Origin: Cyanobacteria bacterium auto_48_18
GTDB taxonomy: Bacteria; Cyanobacteriota; Vampirovibrionia; Obscuribacterales; Obscuribacteraceae
Length of the DNA: 64,000 bases
Direction: 5' to 3'
NCBI GenBank assembly: GCA_036170915.1
Contig: JAVHQC010000032.1
Location: 1-64,000 of the forward strand
Part shown: positions 1 to 12,084 of the stretch, one piece after another
How the letters are laid out: the number at the start of each line of letters is the position of its first letter
How positions within the stretch are numbered: the stretch's first letter is position 1
Notes under the pieces: model-generated
Database searches by the model: none
The model's input: only the letters and a program-made list of their open reading frames with translations
What the model was told of the DNA's origin: nothing
Position numbers and translations under genes: made by a program

Positions 1-2011
<2,011 letters not shown>

Positions 2012-2124
2012 AACGTCTAGAAGATCTTGTGTTTATGATAACAAGCTTGCTTGGCGTGCGTCTTCTAGACTGCTGCTGCATGTGATTGCTCACACGCAAC
2101 TACTTGGTGGAATACGGACCTCAA

Positions 2125-2143
2125 TATGTAGTTTTCAGGGTAC
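2125..2143 (-). promoter_or_regulatory. rRNA spacer BoxA-type antitermination element
   Basis: The minus strand reads GTACCCTGAAAACTACATA, close to the cyanobacterial ITS BoxA/D4 consensus GAACCTTGAAAACTGCATA, about 115 nt before the 23S. Confidence 0.7.
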
Positions 2144-2484
2144 AGGAACTGGTATTAGAAGCCTCACAGTAGGCTGCCGGACTTGTGGTCCGACTGAGTG
2201 GATAATACTATCACACCAATCGGACTTTTGAAGAGTGTTTTGTTTAGTTAAAACTCACTCTTCAATTTCGGCCACTAGAGCGCTTTTGCAGCGCCTTCGT
2301 TTCATTTCGATCAGCATATCACGTCTTTCGAGTGTTAGCTTTTCGCTTACTAGTTATGGTTACTTTCGTTACCATCACTAATTCTTCGAGACACTTACTC
2401 ACTTCACTATTTACTAGTCAGGTTTTCAGCACTGCCGCTCATTTTTATTGCAATCACTTGGATGACGCATGAGCAGCTGATTTC

Positions 2485-2557
2485 TGGAGGCTAGCGGAGT
2501 CGAACCGCTGACCTTCTCCGTGCAAAGGAGACGCTCTACCAACTGAGCCAAGCCCCC
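2485..2557 (-). tRNA. tRNA-Ala(TGC)
   Basis: GGGGGCTTGGCTCAGTTGGTAGAGCGTCTCCTTTGCACGGAGAAGGTCAGCGGTTCGACTCCGCTAGCCTCCA: cloverleaf, G3:U70 pair, anticodon TGC; CCA not encoded. Confidence 0.97.
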
Positions 2558-2753
2558 GGGCTTTAAGCAAACTGCCTTTGGCGCCTTACGACTTTGTCTA
2601 TTCCCGTGGCTCGGAATAAATCGTAAAACAAGCAGCTCGCTTGAGCATCTTTCCGCAGTGCGGTGTCTCTGTATCTAATCCTACAAGATTTCTCTGAAGA
2701 ACTAGATGGTGAAACAACTTTGTTGCACTTTTGTTGCAGAAAGTCTTACTTAC

Positions 2754-2827
2754 TGGGCTATCCTGGACTCGAACCAGGGACCTCACCCTTATCAGGGGTG
2801 CGCTCTAGCCACCTGAGCTAATAGCCC
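2754..2827 (-). tRNA. tRNA-Ile(GAT)
   Basis: GGGCTATTAGCTCAGGTGGCTAGAGCGCACCCCTGATAAGGGTGAGGTCCCTGGTTCGAGTCCAGGATAGCCCA: cloverleaf, anticodon GAT. Confidence 0.97.
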
Positions 2828-2838
2828 GCAGCCAAAAA

Positions 2839-2867
2839 AGAATACCACTGGCTCACGGCAATGTCTA
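2839..2867 (-). promoter_or_regulatory. sigma70-type promoter for the tRNA-Ile/tRNA-Ala/23S unit
   Basis: Minus strand TAGACA (2867-2862), a 17-nt spacer ending in TGG, then TATTCT (2844-2839), 11 nt upstream of tRNA-Ile; includes an extended -10 TGn. Confidence 0.7.
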
Positions 2868-3059
2868 AACCTCCTCCCAGTTGTTTTAAGGATCTTCACA
2901 ATGCCGCGCTAAACGCAGTCAGGTAGCACTTGCTGCAAGCGCACCTTTTATTACTGTGCCCGTTGTCAACAACATCCAATCGCGCACCACTTCAATTCTT
3001 ACCCCGCCTGACATCTGTATAATTGAACAAGGCAGCCAGACGCATCAATATATATAGGA

Positions 3060-5249
3060 ATGGAAATGGCTGTTCGAAATGCCAAAATTGAAGGCGGTAC
3101 CGGCGCCGAGTCTGATCCAGAGCATGGCCCAGATCAAGGCCGAGCCTCAATTACAGTAGACCGACAATCTCAGACAGCCACTTTTCACAGCAGCACCGAC
3201 TCACCATTGCAATATGCAGTGGGCGATATTGTCGGTGAATCATATTTGCTCGAGCGGCTGGTGGGGCGGGGCGGCATGGGTGTCGTTTTTCGCGCCAAGC
3301 ACATAATTATGAGTCAGCAATATGCGGTCAAACTTCTGGCTCCACAGCAAATGAGCGACCAGAGCTGGCGGCGCTTCGAAGTTGAAGGCAGAGCCCTGGC
3401 GAGATTGCATCACACTAATATTGTCACCATCTACAACATGGGTGTAGACCGCGGGCGTTGCCCCTTTTATGTAATGGATTGGCTACCAGGTATTTCACTA
3501 GCAGATCGACTGGCCGAAGAAGGCCCCATAAGCGAAGCAGAGGCCCTCAATATCTTTCTCCAAGTCTGCTCTGGTCTCAGTTGCGCACACAAAAACGACA
3601 TCATTCATAGAGATATGAAACCAGCCAATATCATGCTTTGCCCCTCACCTGGCGGGCAGCAGGTAAAAATCGTCGACTTTGGTATGGCCAGGCTAAACAG
3701 CGAACAAGCTCTCACTGCCGTGGGAGAAGTATTCGGCAGCCCTCTATATATGAGCCCTGAGCAATGCCGCGGCGAGATTATGGACGCCCGCAGCGATATT
3801 TACTCTGTTGGTTGTTCAATTTTTGAATGTCTTACCGGCCGAACGCCGTTTCGTGGAGCAACCGCATTGGAAACACTGTTTATGCACCAAGAAGAAGCAG
3901 CGCCTCTACTATCTGCGATTAAGAGTGATACCAAGTTTAGTACCGATCTGGAAACCATAGTGGCAAAATGCCTGGGCAAACCTAAGGACGAGCGTTATCA
4001 ATCTATTGACCAACTGTCAGTTGATTTGCAACGCTTAGCTGATGGTAAGCCGCTGGGACGAGGCAGTGAATCTACTAATACAGCCACACCCCAGTTTCGC
4101 CTATTTGACGATTCTGAAGATTCACAAAATTCCAACCAACCTCAGGCAAAAACAAAATCTCGATTCAAGACTTTGGCCTTTAGCCTAGCGGCGCTCTTAG
4201 GCTTGTTAGGATTGGCCACTGTAGCTGCCGCCACGCATCGATGGGTTAATTCCCCAAACCTCAAACTCCCTCCTGCAACTTTGCACATAGAGTCAGAAAT
4301 TCCTCTAGCTGGTGGCTCCATCGCCAATTCTAGCGCCGCCGAAACACGAGCGCCTAGCCGAGTCGCTCAAGAGCTAAAAAATTGGCCTCAAGTATCAGAG
4401 GGTTTGCAACAGGTAGCTGGGCGCACTCAACGTTGTTTTCGCTTTCCTGATTTTAGTATGGGTACGGTAAGCACTCTCAGCCAGTCTGATATTGGAAAAG
4501 CAAAAGATGCACGCGGCCTGGTTACATTCGAACCAGAGCAGCAAGTTGGCATACAGTTCAACGAGCTTTTAAATGAGTGTCCGACTTTTGTCGACAAATT
4601 TGATGCCGAGGATATTTTTCTTTTGAAGCTAAATAAGATTGATGATGTCGAGAAGGTAATTGAGAGACTCATAAAATGGAAAAATTTGGAATTACTCAAT
4701 CTAAACGAGTGCTCAATCAGTGATGCATCCCTAAAAGACCTAGATAAACTAGCAAGTTTGAAGCAACTGGCAATTAAAAAGACACCCTTAAAATGGCAAA
4801 CCTTTATTAGATTGAAATGCTTGCCCCGTCTGCGCTATCTATACATTAGCGAGTGTTGCGAGAGTAATTTACTCTTGCAAAATTTGCCTGCGATGCCACA
4901 TTTAAAAGCACTCGACCTTGGCGACACCAAAGAAGATCCGATTACAATGAAGACCTTAAACCGCATTGCTAAATTTAAAAATTTGAAAATGCTTTCTCTT
5001 TCAAAGACAAGTAGCGCTTTAAAAAAAGACAAAAGGGAAAAGATCACCGAGTTTCTCTCAGACGACACGCTAAATGCGCACAAACTGTCGGCCCTAATTA
5101 CGGAAGAGATGATAGGCACACTCTCTGCCATGAAGCTTGATGCGCTGCAGCTAACAAAACCGGACTGGTCCGAAAACAAAATTAGAGACCTGGTTAAGCG
5201 TGTGCCGGCTGTGTTGGTTAATGATTGGGCCCGGGGATACAACAATTGA
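3060..5249 (+). CDS. Ser/Thr protein kinase (Hanks type) with TM helix and C-terminal LRR-like domain, copy 1
   Basis: GRGGMG, AVK, HRDMKPAN, DFG, GSPLYMSPE; hydrophobic helix near aa 373-392; LxxLxL repeats at the C-terminus. Alternative start 3066. Confidence 0.93.
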   Translation: MEMAVRNAKIEGGTGAESDPEHGPDQGRASITVDRQSQTATFHSSTDSPLQYAVGDIVGESYLLERLVGRGGMGVVFRAKHIIMSQQYAVKLLAPQQMSDQSWRRFEVEGRALARLHHTNIVTIYNMGVDRGRCPFYVMDWLPGISLADRLAEEGPISEAEALNIFLQVCSGLSCAHKNDIIHRDMKPANIMLCPSPGGQQVKIVDFGMARLNSEQALTAVGEVFGSPLYMSPEQCRGEIMDARSDIYSVGCSIFECLTGRTPFRGATALETLFMHQEEAAPLLSAIKSDTKFSTDLETIVAKCLGKPKDERYQSIDQLSVDLQRLADGKPLGRGSESTNTATPQFRLFDDSEDSQNSNQPQAKTKSRFKTLAFSLAALLGLLGLATVAAATHRWVNSPNLKLPPATLHIESEIPLAGGSIANSSAAETRAPSRVAQELKNWPQVSEGLQQVAGRTQRCFRFPDFSMGTVSTLSQSDIGKAKDARGLVTFEPEQQVGIQFNELLNECPTFVDKFDAEDIFLLKLNKIDDVEKVIERLIKWKNLELLNLNECSISDASLKDLDKLASLKQLAIKKTPLKWQTFIRLKCLPRLRYLYISECCESNLLLQNLPAMPHLKALDLGDTKEDPITMKTLNRIAKFKNLKMLSLSKTSSALKKDKREKITEFLSDDTLNAHKLSALITEEMIGTLSAMKLDALQLTKPDWSENKIRDLVKRVPAVLVNDWARGYNN

Positions 5250-5250
5250 A

Positions 5251-7380
5251 ATGGAACAAAATAATAATTCCATCGAATGCCATAACCAATCGCAAACTAC
5301 CACTTTTCACGTGGACAACAAAACTTCGCAACAGTATAAAGTAGGAGACCTCGTTGGCCAGACATATGAGCTCAAAGAGCTGATAGGGCGCGGCGGAATG
5401 GGCGTTGTTTACCGTGCCGAGCATAATATTATGCACAAACAATATGCAGTCAAACTATTAGCACCAAATCAAATTAACGACCAAACCTGGCGTCGATTTG
5501 AAGTAGAAGGGCGTGCTCTGGCGAGACTGAATCACGATAACATCGTCACCATTTACAACATGGGAGTAGATCGTAGCCAATTTCCATTTTTTGTTATGGA
5601 TTGGCTTCCCGGTGTTTCGCTGGCCGACCGCATTGGTCAATCTGGTGCCTTGAGCGTAAGTGAGGTACTGAGTATCTTTCTGCAAATTTGCGCTGGGCTC
5701 GGAAGTGCGCACAAAAATGGCATTATTCACCGTGATATCAAGCCTGCCAATGTTATGCTCGTGCCCACTAATGACGGGCTCAAAGTAAAGATTGTAGATT
5801 TCGGCATGGCCAGGTTGAACACCCAACAAGCCTTGACTAGCGCCGGAGAAATATTCGGCAGCCCACTTTACATGAGCCCAGAGCAATGCCTCGGCGAAGC
5901 TATGGACAGTCGAAGCGATATCTATTCACTGGGATGCTCGCTTTTTGAGTGCCTGACGGGCAAGCCGCCTTTCAAAGGTGACAGCGCTCTAAGCACTTTG
6001 CTCATGCATCAGGAACAAGATGCACCCCGCTTGAATGATAGTAAAACTGATACCGAATTTAGTGGCGCACTTGAAGCTGTGGTGGCTAAATGCTTAAGAA
6101 AAAATCCTGAGCAACGTTATCAATCTGTAGAAGCACTAGCTATCGACTTACAGCGGATGCTTGGCGGCAACGTGGGAGGGAGGCCGTCTTTTTCAACCAC
6201 CTCGACAGAGACTAACTCATGCTCTGTTAGCGAAGTCGACAGCGATAGTTGGCGCCTGTTTGAAGACGACTCCAAAAATTCTCAAAATTCTCTAGCTAAT
6301 AACCAAAACCTAAAGGCTTCATCAATTAGAAAGCGTGCTCTGCAAGCGGCTCTTGGTGCGCTTTCTCTACTGACTGTTGGCGCAGCAACTTACACTTGGA
6401 TTAAGCAGAATCACCCCCTACCAAAAGCTGATTTGAACATGGCTACTCAACTTAATAAAGGTCATTCAACCGGCAATATTACTGCCGACATTTATGAAGA
6501 TCCTGAGCAAATTGTCAAAGACCTGAAGAGTTGGCCAAAAGTTTCGCTCGGTAAAAAAATGATCAATGGGCAGTGGCGACGCTGCTTTGCTCTGCCAACG
6601 AATTTTCGAGTAGCGTCACTTTGGACCTTTGATGAAAAAAAGAAGCTGGAGAACGGCAATATTGATTTTCCGGCCAATGAACCTGTTTCTATACGTCTAA
6701 GCGCTATATTGGGCGAGTATCCCCAGTTTATAAACAAAATAGACGGCGACGATATTTGCTACCTGCGACTAACTGATCTGGATCCGGCCGATGCCGTGCT
6801 AAGCCGTATTACTGATTGGAAAATTGACGTCCTGATGATTGATGGCGGCAGCATAAGAGACGTGGGATGGCAGAGCGTTGACCGACTAGCGAAACTGCAA
6901 AATTTGACCGTAAAAAAGGCAGTATTCGACTGGCGAAAATTTGTCCAACTTTCCTGCTTGAAGCGCCTGCACTTATTGCGAGTAGAAGAGTGTAGTTCAA
7001 TTGCCCCGCTGCTGGAGAAACTACCGGTGATGGACAAATTAAACCATCTCGACGTTGGTGACAGCCAACCTGGGTGGATTACATCAGCTTGTTTGCGCGG
7101 AATAGCCAGACAAAAAAATGTCGAACGGTTATTTTTGACGGTGAAAAATTCCAATACTCATCAAAAAGCCGCAGCCACTTTTGGCATGGATATAGTGCCG
7201 GACAAAAGACCGGTCAAGAAAACCACCCTTAGCCATGAAGACATATCAGTGCTAGCTTCAATGAAAAAACTACGCGTTCTGCAATTGCCAAAACCAGATA
7301 TGACCGAGAAAGAGATACGCTATTTTCTTACACGTGTGCCGGCTGCACGTGAGAACGTGTGGGCATCGCAATACAGATGA
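5251..7380 (+). CDS. Ser/Thr kinase-TM-LRR-like protein, copy 2
   Basis: Same motifs (HRDIKPAN, DFG, YMSPE) and layout; ATG at 5251, 1 nt after the upstream stop, preferred over 5200. Confidence 0.92.
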   Translation: MEQNNNSIECHNQSQTTTFHVDNKTSQQYKVGDLVGQTYELKELIGRGGMGVVYRAEHNIMHKQYAVKLLAPNQINDQTWRRFEVEGRALARLNHDNIVTIYNMGVDRSQFPFFVMDWLPGVSLADRIGQSGALSVSEVLSIFLQICAGLGSAHKNGIIHRDIKPANVMLVPTNDGLKVKIVDFGMARLNTQQALTSAGEIFGSPLYMSPEQCLGEAMDSRSDIYSLGCSLFECLTGKPPFKGDSALSTLLMHQEQDAPRLNDSKTDTEFSGALEAVVAKCLRKNPEQRYQSVEALAIDLQRMLGGNVGGRPSFSTTSTETNSCSVSEVDSDSWRLFEDDSKNSQNSLANNQNLKASSIRKRALQAALGALSLLTVGAATYTWIKQNHPLPKADLNMATQLNKGHSTGNITADIYEDPEQIVKDLKSWPKVSLGKKMINGQWRRCFALPTNFRVASLWTFDEKKKLENGNIDFPANEPVSIRLSAILGEYPQFINKIDGDDICYLRLTDLDPADAVLSRITDWKIDVLMIDGGSIRDVGWQSVDRLAKLQNLTVKKAVFDWRKFVQLSCLKRLHLLRVEECSSIAPLLEKLPVMDKLNHLDVGDSQPGWITSACLRGIARQKNVERLFLTVKNSNTHQKAAATFGMDIVPDKRPVKKTTLSHEDISVLASMKKLRVLQLPKPDMTEKEIRYFLTRVPAARENVWASQYR

Positions 7381-9518
7381 CCAGCGAAAATTTATCCAGC
7401 ATTCAGATAGATAAACAGGCTGAAACAGTCACTTTCCGCACCACCGACCAGCGTGCCTTTCAGTACCGCGCAGGCGACATCGTAGGCGAATCTTATCGCC
7501 TCCTCAGTCTGATTGGTCAGGGGGGAATGGGCGTGGTTTATCGCGCCAAACATATTATTATCGATCAGAATTACGCTTTAAAATTACTCGCCCCAGGCCA
7601 GATTAACGAACGAAGCTGGCGGCGTTTTGAAGTCGAGGGTCGCTCTCTAGCTCGGCTCAAACACGAGAATATAGTCACAATCTACAATATGGGTGTTGAC
7701 CACCAACAGTGCCCTTTTTACGTCATGGACTGGCTTGACGGGATTTCCTTGGCCGACCACATAAAAGCCTCTCGAGCGATTAGCTTACGCGAATCCCTGC
7801 AGATCTTTCTACAAATTTGCGCTGGCCTTGATTGCGCGCATCACAACGGCATAATTCATCGCGATATCAAACCAGCAAATATCATGCTAGTTCCTTCAAC
7901 CAGAGGAGAGCTCGTTGTAAAAATCGTAGACTTCGGCATGGCCAGATTGTCGACACGCGACGGTATCAATAATCAAGCCCTCACCGCCAGTGGTGAAGTC
8001 TTCGGCAGTCCGCTCTACATGAGCCCTGAGCAGACTCTGGGACAAACTATGGACGCTCGCAGTGACATCTATTCACTAGGCTGTTCGCTTTTCGAAACTC
8101 TCACCGGTCGCGTGCCTTTTCGCGGTCCAACCGCTTTCGAAACTATGATTATGCATCAGGAAACGACTCCCCCGGCACTCTCGTCAGATAATGAAGATAG
8201 TGCCATAGAACACGTGGTGTCAAAATGCTTGAGAAAGGATGCAAACCACCGCTATCAATCTATTCGCGAGCTAGCTTTCGACTTGCAGGCCATAGCCGAA
8301 GAATTGAATGGTGATAACCAAAACATTAAGAAGCCATCTTTTGCCGGTGGCACTTCTGCCGCTGAAACAAATTCCGGTTCAGACTTCAGCCTTGATTCCC
8401 GATCTGAATTAAGTGTTGATTCTCAATCGAACTCAAGTTTCAAATCATCGATTTTGATAGCCTTCGCTGTCATGGCAATCGGTCTGGCAGCTGCATTAGG
8501 AGTGATGTTGATTGCTAAGGCCCCAGCTACCAACAGCACTAAAGCGACAACAGCGGCTCAGCCTAAATTTCAAACTAAAGATCGCACTCTGCCGCCAATT
8601 TACGAAGAGAATGATATTGGCGAAAGCACAGAAAGAACAGTTCTTAGTAAAGCCCTGGAAAAAGAACCAATGGTATCGCTAGGCATGCATACTATCAGCG
8701 GCGGAAAAAAAATCAAGCAATTTCACTTACCTGAAAAAATCGATATTGGCGAACTCTGGATAGATAGCTCAAATTCAAGCACTAGCCACGGTTATGTCTC
8801 CTACCCCGCTGACCAGCCCATTACGCTGGGAATTTCCCAAAATATCGCAGCCTATCCAGATTTTCTCAATAGAATCGCACCTGGTGACATCAGCGCATTG
8901 CGAATGCGCGACATTATTCCAGCAGACCCTATACTGAAACGTATTACAAACTGGAGGGCGCTGAGTTTTCTCATCCTTGATGGCTGCTCGATTGACCTAC
9001 CTGGCTTAGTTTCTCTGAATCAACTGCAGCACGTTAACCACTTGGCTCTGAAAAAAGTGATATTTGACTCTGACGATTTCAGTCGTCTTTCTATTCTTCA
9101 ACGGCTTGAGTGGCTGGAAATCGAAAATTGCACTAACGCAAATAAGCTAGTGCAAGCACTACCAGCGATGCCCAGACTGCACACACTCGATATACGCGGA
9201 TATCAAAAAAACTGGCTCAGCATGGAAAGCTTACGCGCCATTGCCAGACAAAAGAGTATTAAAAGTCTAAAGCTCGAGACAAAAACCCCTAATCATCATG
9301 ATGCCCGCTTCGTTTTGGGCGCGGAGGCAGACGAAACCTTGAAAACAAATCGTAAGCAGCCGGATCTGCTGCATGAAGATATGATTGATGTTCTGGCCGG
9401 AATGCACTTGACCAATTTGTGGATTGATCAACCGAATTGGTCCCGCACCAAAATCAACACTTTGCTTCGCAAAATACCAGCGGCGCGCGGCAATCCTTGG
9501 GCCAAAAACTATCAATAA
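7377..9518 (+). CDS. Ser/Thr kinase-TM-LRR-like protein, copy 3
   Basis: Same motifs; ATGA start/stop overlap at 7377-7380 indicates translational coupling. Confidence 0.92.
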   Translation: MTSENLSSIQIDKQAETVTFRTTDQRAFQYRAGDIVGESYRLLSLIGQGGMGVVYRAKHIIIDQNYALKLLAPGQINERSWRRFEVEGRSLARLKHENIVTIYNMGVDHQQCPFYVMDWLDGISLADHIKASRAISLRESLQIFLQICAGLDCAHHNGIIHRDIKPANIMLVPSTRGELVVKIVDFGMARLSTRDGINNQALTASGEVFGSPLYMSPEQTLGQTMDARSDIYSLGCSLFETLTGRVPFRGPTAFETMIMHQETTPPALSSDNEDSAIEHVVSKCLRKDANHRYQSIRELAFDLQAIAEELNGDNQNIKKPSFAGGTSAAETNSGSDFSLDSRSELSVDSQSNSSFKSSILIAFAVMAIGLAAALGVMLIAKAPATNSTKATTAAQPKFQTKDRTLPPIYEENDIGESTERTVLSKALEKEPMVSLGMHTISGGKKIKQFHLPEKIDIGELWIDSSNSSTSHGYVSYPADQPITLGISQNIAAYPDFLNRIAPGDISALRMRDIIPADPILKRITNWRALSFLILDGCSIDLPGLVSLNQLQHVNHLALKKVIFDSDDFSRLSILQRLEWLEIENCTNANKLVQALPAMPRLHTLDIRGYQKNWLSMESLRAIARQKSIKSLKLETKTPNHHDARFVLGAEADETLKTNRKQPDLLHEDMIDVLAGMHLTNLWIDQPNWSRTKINTLLRKIPAARGNPWAKNYQ

Positions 9519-9521
9519 ATT

Positions 9522-9594
9522 TGGAGATAAGGGGATTCGAACCCCTGGCCTCACGGGTGCGATCCGTGCACTCTACCAACTGAGCTATATCCCC
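9522..9594 (-). tRNA. tRNA-Ala(CGC)
   Basis: GGGGATATAGCTCAGTTGGTAGAGTGCACGGATCGCACCCGTGAGGCCAGGGGTTCGAATCCCCTTATCTCCA: G3:U70, anticodon loop ATCGCAC. Confidence 0.95.
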
Positions 9595-9838
9595 AAGTGT
9601 CCAGCTAGATCATAAACGAGCCCGTGTGAACTCCACAATTATATAGATTTTCTTCAAAGCGCAACACTTGTCAATTGCAGATAAAGTACTGACTCTGCTT
9701 TCAAGACTTTGAGCGCATTAAGCTCCAGCGCGAAATACAGCAATAAAGTTGAACAAATTGTTAAATGGCGCCAATGTAGAATGATCGGTTAGTATAAAGG
9801 ACTCTTATCTAAGCCAGTATCGCAATCGGGTGTCCGCA

Positions 9839-10510
9839 ATGAACGTCTCTTCCCAAATTACTCAAAAGCTAGCCGCTCTGCTCATTTTGACAGCAGGGGT
9901 CTATATGTCTTCTGAATTTGCCGACGGCAAATTTGTAAGAGCTGCCTCGGAGAATAGCGAAGCTGCCGCAGCTGTGGGCTCTCCCGCACCAGATTTCACT
10001 CTAACCGATACTAATGGCAAAACCCAAAGTCTAGCCTCGTACAAGGGCAAACTAGTGGTGCTCGAGTGGCTGAACCACGGTTGCCCTTTCGTCAAAAAGC
10101 ACTATGCGTCAGGCAACATGCAAGCTTTGCAGAAAAAATACACCGGCAAAGGTGTAGTCTGGCTTTCACTGGTCAGTTCAGCACCTGGCAAACAAGGTTA
10201 TCAAACAAACGCCGAGCACAATGCCGCTATGAAAGAAACCGGTGCGGCACCGTCGGCGATACTGATAGACAGCGATGGAAAAGTTGGTCGCCTTTATGGT
10301 GCCAAAACCACTCCACACATGTTTGTCATAAACAAGAAAGGCGAGCTGGCTTATGCTGGTGCCATCGACGACAAAGCTTCAACCGACCAAGCTGATATCA
10401 AGCCCGCTAAAAACTATGTCAGTGCAGCGCTAGATAATTTGCTAAAAGACAAAGTGCCAGCAGTGGCTTCATCTAAAGCTTATGGTTGCTCAGTCAAATA
10501 CAACAACTAA
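9839..10510 (+). CDS. Exported thioredoxin-fold redoxin (AhpC/TSA-like)
   Basis: Signal or TM N-terminus, APDFTL, WLNHGCPFV, TTPHMFVI, YAGAIDD, GCSVKY. Alternative GTG start at 9830. Confidence 0.88.
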   Translation: MNVSSQITQKLAALLILTAGVYMSSEFADGKFVRAASENSEAAAAVGSPAPDFTLTDTNGKTQSLASYKGKLVVLEWLNHGCPFVKKHYASGNMQALQKKYTGKGVVWLSLVSSAPGKQGYQTNAEHNAAMKETGAAPSAILIDSDGKVGRLYGAKTTPHMFVINKKGELAYAGAIDDKASTDQADIKPAKNYVSAALDNLLKDKVPAVASSKAYGCSVKYNN

Positions 10511-10524
10511 TCACTGAGTAAATA

Positions 10525-12084
10525 ATGTCAAAGGCGAGACTCGGCACAATCATTGGCTGGGTCTTCGTTCTAATGTTCTTTATCACCTGTCTTTATTTTG
10601 GCTTTCTCAATGCCCAGACAGCCTTAACCGACCCTGACACCTGCTGGCTGGTCACACTCGGTAATCAAATTCTCGCATCAGGCATCCCGCAGAGCGATCC
10701 TTATTCGTGGACGCTGGCCGCAAGTTCCGCGATTAGCCCGAGCCAATATATCGCCTATCAATGGCTTTCTGCTGCCGTTTTTGCTACCGTCTTCACTCAG
10801 GGCGGAGCAATTGCACTCGTATATTTGACGGCTTTGACAATCTGTTCAAGTTTTATTGTGGTGCCGCTCTTAGCTGCAAAAGTTTTGCGCTTGCCACTCT
10901 GGCCGGTGGCTTTAGGTGGCGCAGCTTCTCTTACCGCAGGCAGTTTTCATTTTCCCTGCCGACCAGAAATCTTCTCCTATCTTTTGCTGGCTATTTTGAT
11001 TGCGAGCATCAGCAAGATTTCTCGAGCTAAAACTACTCTGCCAGTGTATTTATATTTCCTGCTTGGCGGCTGCTTCTTTGCCCTCTGGGCTAATTTGCAT
11101 ACGGGCTTTATCATCGGCCTGGCCGCCTTATTTGTCTGCACTCTGACCCAGCAGAGCAAGCCGCTGGCGTTGACACTGCTCGGGGCCCTGCCGGCCACCC
11201 TCCTTACACCTTTCGGCTTGGCCTTGTGGCAATATTTGCCGCATCTGTTTTTTTCGCAGGCCAACAAATTCAATGCCGAACTTTTACCCTTGACGGCCTA
11301 TGAACTTTTCTCATTCGATTATTTGTCCTTTGATTTGATAATAGTCGCTACAGCTCTCGCCTGGCTGAAGCAAATTCGAACCTGGACTAACGTTACTACT
11401 GCTACTGACGGATTCGCAGAGAAATTTTCGAAAATTTCTCTGCAAAAATACACCTGGTTAATTTTGACCACCACAGCCCTGATCACCGCACTGCAATGCC
11501 GCCGCCTTGTACCTTTCGCCTGCCTGATGGCAATGGGCACCCTTTATCAGTTTCTGCAGCGCAAATTAGAAAGCCCCGAATCAGAAAGTTTTTTCCAGAA
11601 AGTAGAAAATGTGGCGCAAGCGCTTATGCGGCGCAGCAAAAACTTGGTCATTTTACTACCGCTTGCTTTAACTGCACTTGGAGTAAGCAATGCCTCTAGC
11701 ATATTTCCTCCGGCTTTGCCGCAAGATACTTACGCTCTTTTTGAGCCTAAAGCTGCACTGCAACTGATTTCCGTGCATAGGCCTAAGGGCCGAGTGCTCA
11801 ATGATCCGCAGTTCGGTGATTTGATGCTACTCAATTTCAAGGAGAGGGCGCAAGTATTTATCGATACGCGTTTTGATGTTTATGGTGACCGGCTGGCGTT
11901 AGATTACTGGCAGATGGCCAACGCTCGAGGCAAATGGTTAGAATTATTGCGTCAGTATCAAATTGATTGGGTTTTCTTTCCACCCAGAGCGCCGCTCGTG
12001 CACAGGCTTTTGCAGAATCCAGACTGGCAATTAATCTATCAAGACGACAAATCAGTAATTCTTGAAAAAAGGGTCAAGCCTTGA
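10525..12084 (+). CDS. Multi-pass membrane protein, putative GT-C-fold glycosyltransferase
   Basis: Many TM helices; DPDxxW..G first loop, RPE, WANLHxGF, FIDxRxDxY motifs. Confidence 0.65.
   Translation: MSKARLGTIIGWVFVLMFFITCLYFGFLNAQTALTDPDTCWLVTLGNQILASGIPQSDPYSWTLAASSAISPSQYIAYQWLSAAVFATVFTQGGAIALVYLTALTICSSFIVVPLLAAKVLRLPLWPVALGGAASLTAGSFHFPCRPEIFSYLLLAILIASISKISRAKTTLPVYLYFLLGGCFFALWANLHTGFIIGLAALFVCTLTQQSKPLALTLLGALPATLLTPFGLALWQYLPHLFFSQANKFNAELLPLTAYELFSFDYLSFDLIIVATALAWLKQIRTWTNVTTATDGFAEKFSKISLQKYTWLILTTTALITALQCRRLVPFACLMAMGTLYQFLQRKLESPESESFFQKVENVAQALMRRSKNLVILLPLALTALGVSNASSIFPPALPQDTYALFEPKAALQLISVHRPKGRVLNDPQFGDLMLLNFKERAQVFIDTRFDVYGDRLALDYWQMANARGKWLELLRQYQIDWVFFPPRAPLVHRLLQNPDWQLIYQDDKSVILEKRVKP
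11416..11443. repeat. 28-bp perfect palindrome, copy 1 (inside a CDS)
   Basis: GCAGAGAAATTTTC|GAAAATTTCTCTGC; the same element occurs at 19119 and 41624. Confidence 0.85.

Noticed and set aside
2598..2786. 62-aa minus-strand ORF
   Set aside because: It begins inside tRNA-Ile and runs through the tRNA spacer.
3060..9594. Kinase array as an island integrated at tRNA-Ala(CGC)
   Set aside because: It abuts the tRNA 3' end, but no integrase and no duplicated tRNA 3' segment (att site) were found.
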